From Nitrospinales bacterium (GTDB taxonomy: Bacteria; Nitrospinota; Nitrospinia; Nitrospinales; VA-1), in contig OZ253496.1 of assembly GCA_965262115.1 (NCBI GenBank), positions 1,540,447 to 1,604,446 on the forward strand: a stretch of DNA of 64,000 bases, read 5' to 3'. The notes under the pieces were generated by a model. That model saw only the letters and a list, made by a program, of their open reading frames with translations. It was not told the DNA's origin and did no database searches. Shown one piece after another: positions 49,492 to 57,969 of this stretch. Made by a program: the position numbers and the translations under genes. Position 1 is the stretch's first letter, and each line of letters opens with the position of its first letter.

Positions 49492-49939
49492 CCAACCCTC
49501 CCCCAGCCCCTCCCTATGAAGGGAGGGGAGGCAGATGTTTTAAAATCCTTTCGTAAACTCCATTCAGGTTTTCATAAACATCCTGGTTGGTAAAACGCAG
49601 AAACCGTATTCCCATATTTTCGATAACCTTCTGTCGGACCTGGTCCGATTGTGCAGCCTCTTCGCTAAAATGAGAATCCCCATCGATTTCAATCGCGAGT
49701 TTTGCCGATGGGCAATAAAAATCCAGAATGTATCGATCAACACTGTGTTGCCGCCGAAACTTGTGTCCATTTGCCTGCCTGTTTCGCAAAAACTGCCACA
49801 AAGCCACTTCCGCTGGGGGCATTTCTTTGCGCAAGGACTTTCTCCTGGTTTTTTCTGTATTTTTATTAAAAATTTTTACCATTGTTTTTTTGTTTTTCAT
49901 ATCCCCTCCCTTCATATGGAGGGGTTTGGGGAGGGCTGG
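49492..49939. mobile_element. Second DUF559 cassette with degenerate right inverted repeat
   Basis: The left IR (49492-49528) is identical to copy 1. The right IR (49903-49939) differs at 4 of 37 positions. The length is the same, 448 bp. Confidence 0.7.
49514..49882 (-). CDS. DUF559 (Vsr-like endonuclease fold) protein, copy 2
   Basis: 122 aa from the ATG at 49882. It differs from copy 1 at 18 of 122 residues by manual alignment. The tracked 253-aa ORF is an upstream read-through extension. Confidence 0.75.
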   Translation of the reverse strand: MVKIFNKNTEKTRRKSLRKEMPPAEVALWQFLRNRQANGHKFRRQHSVDRYILDFYCPSAKLAIEIDGDSHFSEEAAQSDQVRQKVIENMGIRFLRFTNQDVYENLNGVYERILKHLPPLPS

Positions 49940-50062
49940 ATTAAAGCAATGCATTATCCTGAACTTCCCCTGGTTGAGTGGACACATTGAAAGTGTGGAT
50001 AATACATTTTTGGAGGTGTGTCTATGGTGAGCAAGCGAAGGAGTTTTAGTAAGGAGGTGGGA

Positions 50063-50251
50063 ATGCAGTACCAGCTCAAAATTGTTTTCGTGGATAATCA
50101 GGAGCTGGTTCTCGATACGACCCAAAAGCATGGTTTCAGCGATGACCTGGAACTGTTCGAGGTGACCACCTCGGAGGAAATTTTTGTGGTTCCCCTCAAA
50201 CAGAGCAAATATATCTCCCGCGACGCCGGAATCTTTCAAATAGGAGTCTAA
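50063..50251 (+). CDS. Small hypothetical protein (62 aa)
   Basis: Strong SD TAAGGAGGTG 5 nt before the ATG at 50063 (MQYQLKIVFVDNQELVLD...). No family was recognised. Confidence 0.45.
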   Translation: MQYQLKIVFVDNQELVLDTTQKHGFSDDLELFEVTTSEEIFVVPLKQSKYISRDAGIFQIGV

Positions 50252-50318
50252 CTTCCCCGCATTAGAGATTGACACGAGCAGATGACTTAGCTAAAATCCG
50301 TTGCATGTTTATTAAAAC

Positions 50319-50329
50319 GGGGGGGGGGG
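50319..50329. repeat. Homopolymer G11
   Basis: Counted directly. It lies between an ATG (50305) and the first in-frame start (GTG 50333) of the autotransporter ORF. Confidence 0.95.
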
Positions 50330-50332
50330 ATA

Positions 50333-53123
50333 GTGGTTACTTTGAAAAGCCGTGCTGTATTGAGTGCTGTGCAGTCTGCGTCCAGTTCTGGTTCGTCGGG
50401 TGAGGGGCACGCCCTATGCGCTGTGAGAAACCCCGCACTACCGAAGAAAGTCTTCCGCCATTTCCTGGCTTCATGCCCGTCCCTGGTCCGGTTATGCACA
50501 GTCGCCATCCTTGTCCTGCTGTTCATGGCCCCCGTTGCCAGCGCCCAAGTCACCGCCAATGCCGGGGACGATCAGATCGTCGCAGAGGGCGCGTTCGTCA
50601 CGCTTGACGGCGGTGACAGTTCCGGCCCCGGCAGTGCGCTGACCTATGAATGGAGGCAGACCGCCGGTACTGAGACCGCTCTCCCAGTCGTGCTAGACGA
50701 CATTGCGGCAATCTCACCAACCTTCACTGCGGGTACCGCCGTGGAACTGGAATTTGAATTGACCGTGAGTGATGGTACCTCCTCGGATACCTACGAGGTG
50801 GTGGTCAGTGTAGTTCCGAACACTGTCCTGAGTTTCGGTACGGCCACAATCTCCGACCGGACTTTTATATTTACACAGAATACACTGGTTGGCGAAATGA
50901 CCGCCCTGCACGTAGCCAGTGGCGGCAACGTGCCCCTGACCTACAGCATAATAGAGACGCTGCCAGCGGGGCTAAGCTTTAATCCTGTCACCCGCACAAT
51001 CAGCGGCACCCCGACCGCCGTTAGCCAGAGAGCTATCTATACATACGAGGTCAGCGACGCGGATGCTGACACCGTTAACAACAGTGTTTTCATCACCGTT
51101 AATCCCGACCCCGCCATCATAGTCAACCAGGCTCCGACCGCCGTGGTCGTGCAGCTTGCGGATCAGACCCCAAGCCCGTTGATAACGGAGGACATAGTCA
51201 ACCCCCCCCCATCACTGGCGTTGACGGCGGCGTTCTGATCACGCTTGACGGCAGCCGCAGTTTTGATCCCGACGGCGATACCCTGGCCTACCTCTGGACC
51301 CAGGTTCTTGGTCAGGATATTCTGGCCGAAGGAGCCTTCTCCTCTGAAGAAATAAGCCCTCAAATCACCATTCCGGCCGACTTCCCTGTCGGAACGGAGC
51401 TGGAGTTCAGATTGACTGTGACCGATAGTCCGCAGCCGGGCCAGCCAAGCCTATTCACCATCGACACCGTGACCATCACCGTCGTCACGGACGGGACTGC
51501 TCCGGTCATTACCCTGAACGGTATGGCGACGGTCTCCATCGATCTGGGTTCTACCTATGCGGACGACGGGGCAAGCGCCACAGACAACATTGACGGGGAT
51601 ATTTCCAGCTCGATCACAACGACCATTACCGACAGCAGCGGTGCTGTGATCGCTGCGGTCGATACCGGTACGGTTGACGTCTACACCATCACCTACACGG
51701 TCTCCGATGCGGCGGACAACCCGGCCGTTGCCGTTATTCGCACCATCAGCGTCACCGCTGATGTGACGAGGTTTGCCGACCTCAATAACGCGGTCCTGCC
51801 GGAAGTGGCGCGTGCCATAGCAGACCAGACGGTGGGTGCGATAACAGAACGTATTGGTCAGGCCAGGAATGGTACGACCCGTTCTGTGTCACCATCGCCG
51901 GGCAGTCCACATTGACCGGGGCGGCATCTGCCCACGGGCAGGCCATAGCCGATGGCACGCTGAGTCTGAAGGATGTACTGGGTAACTCCGACTTTGTACT
52001 GCCGCTGGATGATATGGGCGGCATGGACAACGGGATGCTCTCCTCCCTGACCTTATGGGGCGGGGGCGGCTACCGCAGCTTCGAAAGTTCCGGCGGGAGC
52101 GTGAACTTCGACGGCGACCTGTTCAGCGCCCATCTGGGACTGGACGCCCGACCGCGCGACGATCTGCTGATCGGTCTGGCGGCGTCCTGGAGCCAGAGCG
52201 ATCTTGACTACAGAGGAGGCCTCGACCTGAACGGCGAGCACAAGCTGGACCTCACCAGCGTCCACCCCTATGTGAGCTGGGAAGTATTGGCCGGACAACT
52301 GGACCTGTGGGCCACTGCGGGCTACGGCTGGGGTGACCTTGAGATCGCCAATGACGGGCTAGACCGTGTATCGAGTGATGTCGAGACGCGGACTGTGAGT
52401 GTGGGCGGTGATTATCAGTTGCCGCAGATAGGATCAACCACGTTCCGGCTCAAGGGTTCAGCCTTGCTGACCGAGCTGGAAGTGGATGGCAGCGATGATA
52501 TAGAAGCGCTGGATGTGGAGGCCAGCCTGTTTCGGATGGTCCTGGAAGGGGCCCATAAGCACATGTTGTCTGACGGGGCTTATGTGGAGCCGAGCCTGGA
52601 GGCTGGAGTGCGGTATGACGGCGGCGACGGCGAAACCGGTTTCGGGGCCGAGCTGGGTGCCGGTTTCCGTTACACCGATCCGACCGTCGGCCTGACTCTG
52701 GAAGGCAGGGCGCGGACTCTGGTGGGACGGGACAATTATGAGGAATGGGGCGTTTCCGGCCTGATTCTTCTGGAGCAGGGCCGAAACGGGCGGGGACTGT
52801 CGTTCAGTCTGAGTCCCGGCTACGGCAGTACAGACAGCGGCACGCAAAAAGTATGGCAGGAGGGTCTGCGTGACGAGATCAGCCGGGATTACGGCGTGCG
52901 GTTGGACACCAGTCTTGGTTACGGGCTGACCGCTCCCGGCGGACGGGGACTGCTGACTCCCTACAGCGAGATGACCTTCGGCGGCTCTTCCAGGAGCTAC
53001 CGCCTGGGGATGAGATGGGAACTTGATGCGTTGTTTGACCTGAACCTGACCGGTGAACGCAGTGAAAGCAACAGCAACACCACCGATCACGCCATCATGC
53101 TGAAGGGCGATATCCGGTTTTAA
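50333..53123 (+). pseudogene. Autotransporter (type Va) adhesin-like gene broken into three frames
   Basis: The signal peptide ends ...LLFMAPVASA. The passenger has PKD-like (LDGGDSSGPGSALTYEW; LDGSRSFDPDGDTLAYLW), putative-Ig (LPAGLSFNPVTRTISGTP) and DUF5011/HYR-like (APVITLNG...ATDNIDGDIS) modules. The C-terminal ~400 aa is a beta-barrel domain ending in F. The frame changes at the C9 run (51202-51210) and near 51885-51888. Confidence 0.75.
51202..51210. repeat. Homopolymer C9 inside the autotransporter coding sequence
   Basis: Counted directly. C10 would join frame 2 (...IVNPPP) to frame 1 (ITGVDGGVLITLDGSRSFDPDGD...). Confidence 0.95.
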
Positions 53124-53220
53124 CCCGGTTGTGGTCATTGAGTGAAGCGCGGCTCAAGCCGCACTTCCGGCAACCCTGCCAGTCCTGCCGTCTGCAACGG
53201 TCTTGTGTGGGCGTGGCCCG

Positions 53221-53760
53221 TTAATAATGGATCATGGAGTGAACGGGGGTGTTTTTGAGTTTTTCCCGGCCTTTCAGGAAGTCTAGTTCGATCAAGAAGG
53301 CGGCTTCCACAACTGTTACATTGCTAAAATTTTTCTGGATCAAATCGAGGGTGGCGGCCAGGGTTCCTCCGGTGGCCAGCACATCATCAATGACGAGGAT
53401 ATTTTGTCCTGGCCGGAATGCATCCTGATGAACTTCGACGGTATCGGTTCCGTATTCCAGGGAATAGGTTTCCTGAAAAGTTTTGTAAGGCAGTTTGCCC
53501 GGTTTTCGAACCATGACCACTCCTGTACCCAGCGCATAGGCCAGGGCTGAGGCAAAGATAAACCCGCGCGCTTCCACGCCGACCACCACGTCTACCCGCT
53601 TATCTGCGTAACGATCCTTCAGGGAATTAATGGTTTTCTGGAAGGCGACAGGGTCGCCCAGGAGCGGCGTGATATCTTTAAAGATGATTCCCTCTTTGGG
53701 GAAGTCTGGAACATCGCGGATGATTTGTTTCACAGCGGTCTCACCTTGCTTAAAATTCAT
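53221..53760 (-). CDS. apt: Adenine phosphoribosyltransferase
   Basis: 179-aa ORF (FPKEGIIFKDITPLL..., VLVIDDVLATGGT). Confidence 0.9.
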   Translation of the reverse strand: MNFKQGETAVKQIIRDVPDFPKEGIIFKDITPLLGDPVAFQKTINSLKDRYADKRVDVVVGVEARGFIFASALAYALGTGVVMVRKPGKLPYKTFQETYSLEYGTDTVEVHQDAFRPGQNILVIDDVLATGGTLAATLDLIQKNFSNVTVVEAAFLIELDFLKGREKLKNTPVHSMIHY

Positions 53761-53817
53761 ATTTGCTCTGAGTTGTGACCCTGGTTTTTTATCAAAGATC
53801 TGGATAAAAAGAAAACC

Positions 53818-54525
53818 TTATCTTTTGAGAGGCAGATATTTTACAGGATCTTTGGGATGCGTGTCGTTTCGCACTTCAAAATGGAGATGGGATCCGGTGG
53901 ACCGGCCGGTGCTTCCCATCAGAGATATTTTTTGTCCCTGCTTGACCCGGCTTCCTTTTTTAGCGATGAGTTTTGAGTTATGCGCATAAAGGGTGGTCAG
54001 ATGATGTCTGTGTTTGATGATGACCATTTTCCCATAGCCGGTGGGCCCCCAGCCACTAAACACCACCTCACCTGCGGCAGCGGCATGAACGGGAGTTCCT
54101 TTGGGTGCGGCAATATCGATTCCTTCATGCCTGCGCCCGTTTCGCATCCCGAATCGAGACGTCAGAGTTCCCTTCGTCGGCCAGACGAGAAAACCTTTGC
54201 GGGGTTTGACGGTGGGCGATGATTTCTTTTTTGCGGTACGGGATACAGGTTTATCGGGGACCTTTAAAACCCGGCGGGCTCCCGGTATCCATAACCGGAT
54301 TCCTTCCCGGAGTTTTGCGGGATCTCTTATATGGTTGGCGCGCCGCAGAACTTCCACACCCAGATCATAGGTTTTGGCAATGCGGTACAGGGTCTGGCCT
54401 TTTTGTACCGTGTGGTACACCCCTTCCCCCTTTTCGGGCCAGGGATCGAATTGGAAACTCTGGCATCCCGTAAGGAATAAAATGATAATAAAAAAAACTG
54501 ATTTGTAATAATGATGGCAGGACAT
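53818..54525 (-). CDS. LysM-domain M23 metallopeptidase lipoprotein (NlpD/murein endopeptidase-like)
   Basis: 235-aa ORF with lipobox LFLTGC, LysM (YHTVQKGQTLYRIAKTYD) and M23 motifs HEGIDIAAPKGTPV and GSTGRSTGSHLHFEV. Confidence 0.85.
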   Translation of the reverse strand: MSCHHYYKSVFFIIILFLTGCQSFQFDPWPEKGEGVYHTVQKGQTLYRIAKTYDLGVEVLRRANHIRDPAKLREGIRLWIPGARRVLKVPDKPVSRTAKKKSSPTVKPRKGFLVWPTKGTLTSRFGMRNGRRHEGIDIAAPKGTPVHAAAAGEVVFSGWGPTGYGKMVIIKHRHHLTTLYAHNSKLIAKKGSRVKQGQKISLMGSTGRSTGSHLHFEVRNDTHPKDPVKYLPLKR

Positions 54526-54619
54526 TTTATAGGGGCTTGAATATGCTCTAACTTATTGAAAATTGTAGCATTTTTTCAAATTCGTTTACAAGTTTCGCAG
54601 CATCCTGTATAACCGAAAA

Positions 54620-54835
54620 ATCGTTTTAGCGGAGAGCCTCCGCTGGCAACCGGCAAGGGCATGAAGGCTAATGATGGGGATATCACAAGCCAAGATAATT
54701 TTTTCTAGCCAGACGTGATATTTTTCTTAAGTCTTCGTGCCCCTGTGATATCCCCTCCGCTAAATTCATGCCCGGAACGGGTAGAAGGGGTAAATAGTTA
54801 TTACCAGTTGCCTCCACGGCTAGTGGTGGGATTTA
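54620..54835. repeat. Cluster of short hairpin repeat modules
   Basis: GCGGAGAGCCTCCGC, GGCATGAAGGCTAATGATGGGGATATCAC, its inverted partner GTGATATTTTTCTTAAGTCTTCGTGCCCC, and GTTGCCTCCACGGCTAGTGG (54807-54826). Confidence 0.8.
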
Positions 54836-54853
54836 GAATCGGGAAAAACTACG

Positions 54854-56002
54854 ATGAAAAAGTCGGTACGGTTAGATATAAAAATTCTGCTTTCCATATC
54901 AGGAGCCCTTTTGCTATCCGGTTGCGGACAAAGCCAGCCCTCCCCGGATTTGTTCGCTCTGCCGGTTTCCTATATGGTCGGGAAAAAACCTGAAGTGGTG
55001 TTAGCTCATGACATGAACAACGATGAGTTCCCCGATCTTCTGGTAGTCAACTCGGGGGACAATTCCCTGAATTTCCTGGAAGGCCTCGGAGACGGCACTT
55101 TCAAAGACCCGCAAACTATTGAAACCGGGCGCGAACCTTTTGCCCTGGATGTGGCGGACTTCAATGGCGATCGCATTCCTGATATTGCTTTATGCAATTA
55201 TGGTGATGGAAATGTTTCTATCATCCTCGGACAGAAAGACGGGTTGTTCAAGCTGAAGACCGATGTGAAGGTTGGGCGGCTTCCCATCGCGATTAAAGCG
55301 GGCGATTTTAATAACGATGAGAAAACCGACCTCGCCGTGACTCTGCGCTTCAATAAACTGATCATCCTTCTTGGAGTGGGAGATGGCACTTTTAAAGTCG
55401 CCGAGGCCTATCAGGCCGGTCCCACTCCCGCATACATTACCATTGACGATTACAACAGCGATGGCAATCAGGACATTGCTATGGCGCTCAACGCAGTCAA
55501 GGTGAGGCATATTAAAATGTTTTTAGGCAATGGAGACGGCACTTTCCTGCCGCCCAAAAAAATTGCCGGTGGTAACCAGTCCTCGTTCATCATTCACCAC
55601 GATATGAACCTGGATGGGCAGACAGACCTGATCGCATCCAGCCCGATGAGGGACAGCCTAACTATTTATATAGGAGATAAAAAAGGCACGTTCTTCAAAC
55701 TGGAAGACTTTGCCGGAGAAAAAGGGCCGCATAATATTGTGGCGGGGGACTTCACCGGCGACAAGGTTCCCGATATTGTGGTGTGCAACCGCAGAGGGGG
55801 GACCATATCTGTGATTCCAGGGAGAGGTGACGGAACATTTATTTATCCACATTTTAATTATGTCGTGGGTTCCCAGCCCCGTTCCATTACTGGCGCAGAC
55901 TTCAACCTTGATGGCATGATGGATATTGCCGTCGTGCTTTACCAGAAACAAATCCTCGAAGTTTTTTTAAGGAAGGCCAATGTCCCGCTGAACGACTTGT
56001 AA
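54854..56002 (+). CDS. FG-GAP/VCBS-repeat lipoprotein (beta-propeller)
   Basis: 382-aa ORF with lipobox LLSGC and seven repeats of the D.N.DG..D....N.G....S...G.GDGTF type. Confidence 0.8.
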   Translation: MKKSVRLDIKILLSISGALLLSGCGQSQPSPDLFALPVSYMVGKKPEVVLAHDMNNDEFPDLLVVNSGDNSLNFLEGLGDGTFKDPQTIETGREPFALDVADFNGDRIPDIALCNYGDGNVSIILGQKDGLFKLKTDVKVGRLPIAIKAGDFNNDEKTDLAVTLRFNKLIILLGVGDGTFKVAEAYQAGPTPAYITIDDYNSDGNQDIAMALNAVKVRHIKMFLGNGDGTFLPPKKIAGGNQSSFIIHHDMNLDGQTDLIASSPMRDSLTIYIGDKKGTFFKLEDFAGEKGPHNIVAGDFTGDKVPDIVVCNRRGGTISVIPGRGDGTFIYPHFNYVVGSQPRSITGADFNLDGMMDIAVVLYQKQILEVFLRKANVPLNDL

Positions 56003-56412
56003 ATGAGCCTCTCTTCTGCATGAGACTTTTAACAATCGCGAACGAACCAATCCGGGCTGGTTTTACCGCAGATGAACACGGATGGACACCGATAGAAAAT
56101 TCCTCCCCTGATAAGTGGAGGTCAGGAGGGGTTTGGGTTTTAACTGTCTCTTACCCAAAAGCGGCTATTCGACAGGGATTGATCAGGGCTTTCTCTACAC
56201 GCGGAAACTCATACTTCGGGCCAGCACCGGCACCCGCAATCTTCGCCAGGATGACCCGTATTTGGGAGAATTATTCCAGTAAACAATTTACCCTTCTCTT
56301 GCTTTGTGGCTGTCTCTTGCATTTTTGTCTTTCAGCGTTCGCCATTTGTATTTCTTTTTGAACTCGGCCAGAGTTTTACACCTGTCCTGGGGAGTTGGCC
56401 TCAAGTTCGTAG

Positions 56413-56745
56413 TCATAGGCGATCTTGTTCAAGAAGAATATCAATCGTTTGTTTGATAGCTTTGATATGGTTTTTTGCGGAGGGCATGCCATCGTGATGC
56501 GGGTCTTCCTCTTCCAGTGAGATGATGCCGGGGCCGAGGTAGTTGCAGTAAAACGTTCCCAGTGGGCGGAACTTTTCCATCGGTTCATCTTCCAGGCGGG
56601 AGTTGACGACAACCGTTGTTACTGTGTCGTCTGGATCGGGATAAACCTCGAACAATCCGCCCTTCTGGATCGTGTGTTCCTGGCAGTATGCAATAATGCG
56701 TTCGACATCTTCGGGAGCAAGCGCCTTGTAAACGGTGTGCAACAA
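56413..56745 (-). CDS. Hypothetical protein (110 aa)
   Basis: Clean ORF with ordinary composition. No family was recognised. Confidence 0.4.
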   Translation of the reverse strand: MLHTVYKALAPEDVERIIAYCQEHTIQKGGLFEVYPDPDDTVTTVVVNSRLEDEPMEKFRPLGTFYCNYLGPGIISLEEEDPHHDGMPSAKNHIKAIKQTIDILLEQDRL

Positions 56746-56897
56746 TCATCTCCTGTTTTTGGTTGATGCATTAATTTTAACAGATTTCCGGCGTAGCCGC
56801 TGGCTGCTCGCCGCAGGGGCAATAGGCCCTTGCTATCTGCCCCCACGGCTAGTGGGGGTTGACTTTATCCACCTAACTTTGATACACCCGGACCACT

Positions 56898-57785
56898 ATG
56901 CATTTTCAAGACATCATTCTCAATCTGCAAAACTACTGGTCGTCCAGGGGATGCGCCCTGCACCAGCCCTATGACATTGAAGTGGGAGCGGGGACGTTTA
57001 ATCCCTGCACATTTTTCCGGGTATTGGGTCCGGAGCCTTATAGTGCCGCCTATGTCGAGCCTTCACGCAGGCCCACCGATGGCAGGTATGGGGAAAACCC
57101 CAACCGTCTCCAACATTATTACCAGTTTCAGGTTATCTTAAAGCCATCGCCCGAAGATGTGCAGAACCTTTATCTCGACAGCCTGACTTCACTGGGAGTG
57201 GATCCGCTTCAACACGATATTCGTTTTGTGGAGGACGATTGGGAGTCGCCCACTCTCGGGGCTTGGGGTTTGGGATGGGAGGTCTGGCTGAATGGCATGG
57301 AGATCACCCAGTTTACTTATTTCCAGCAGGTGGGGGGCATAGACCTGAAACCGATCACGGTCGAGTTGACGTATGGGCTGGAACGCATCGCCATGTATCT
57401 GCAGGATGTGGACAACGTCTATGATCTTAAGTGGAATGAAAATATTTTATATGGCGATGTCCATCTTGAAACAGAAAAGCAGTTCTCGCGTTACAATTTT
57501 GAAGCGTCGGGTAAGGAACGATTATTTCAGTGGTTCGATATGTATGAAGCGGAAGCGAAAGATTTGCTGGGGCAGGAACTGGTTCTGCCTGCATATGACT
57601 ACACTTTAAAATGTTCGCATACCTTCAATCAGTTGGATGCCCGCGGAGCGATCAGTGTCACGGAGCGAACCGGGTTCATTGGCCGGGTGAGGAACCTGGC
57701 CCGGTTATGCGCTGAAAGCTATGTGCAACAGAGGGAAGCGATGGAGTTCCCCTTGCTGAAAAAGCAGGGCAATCTGCAAGCCTGA
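56898..57785 (+). CDS. glyQ: Glycine--tRNA ligase alpha subunit
   Basis: 295-aa ORF ([17 protein letters not shown]..., [23 protein letters not shown]). Confidence 0.95.
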   Translation: MHFQDIILNLQNYWSSRGCALHQPYDIEVGAGTFNPCTFFRVLGPEPYSAAYVEPSRRPTDGRYGENPNRLQHYYQFQVILKPSPEDVQNLYLDSLTSLGVDPLQHDIRFVEDDWESPTLGAWGLGWEVWLNGMEITQFTYFQQVGGIDLKPITVELTYGLERIAMYLQDVDNVYDLKWNENILYGDVHLETEKQFSRYNFEASGKERLFQWFDMYEAEAKDLLGQELVLPAYDYTLKCSHTFNQLDARGAISVTERTGFIGRVRNLARLCAESYVQQREAMEFPLLKKQGNLQA

Positions 57786-57969
57786 AACAATCAATCCCCT
57801 CCGGACCATTTATCTATTTGAGCCTTGATATCACTGGACATGCGATGATCAGGGGTCCAAAGGGGGACTCTCCTTGCTGATGGTTGACTTTGTGGGTATT
57901 TATTCGATAATACCCGTTTTTGCTCAAGTTGGTCACCTTTTGCCACGGCTTTAAACTGAACGGTACGAT

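Noticed and set aside
49883-50275. N-terminal 131 codons of the tracked 253-aa minus-strand ORF (49514-50275)
   Set aside because: This is only a read-through extension upstream of the DUF559 start. It crosses the right IR and overlaps a plus-strand ORF (50063-50251) that has a strong SD. Copy 1 starts at the equivalent internal ATG.
52458-53138. 226-aa minus-strand ORF inside the autotransporter barrel region
   Set aside because: It is antisense to a recognisable beta-barrel domain. Long spurious ORFs are expected in G+C-rich DNA.
56020-56361. 113-aa plus-strand ORF after the FG-GAP gene
   Set aside because: It has no SD. It contains junk-repeat-like sequence (ACCGCAGATGAACACGGATGGACACCGATAG) and a low-complexity hydrophobic tail. 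It is probably non-coding spacer.
57786-57969. 184-nt glyQ-glyS spacer as a regulatory RNA (T-box or glycine riboswitch)
   Set aside because: I could not find T-box specifier or antiterminator motifs or glycine-riboswitch core sequences. There is only a small AT-rich hairpin (GGGTATTTATTCGATAATACCC).
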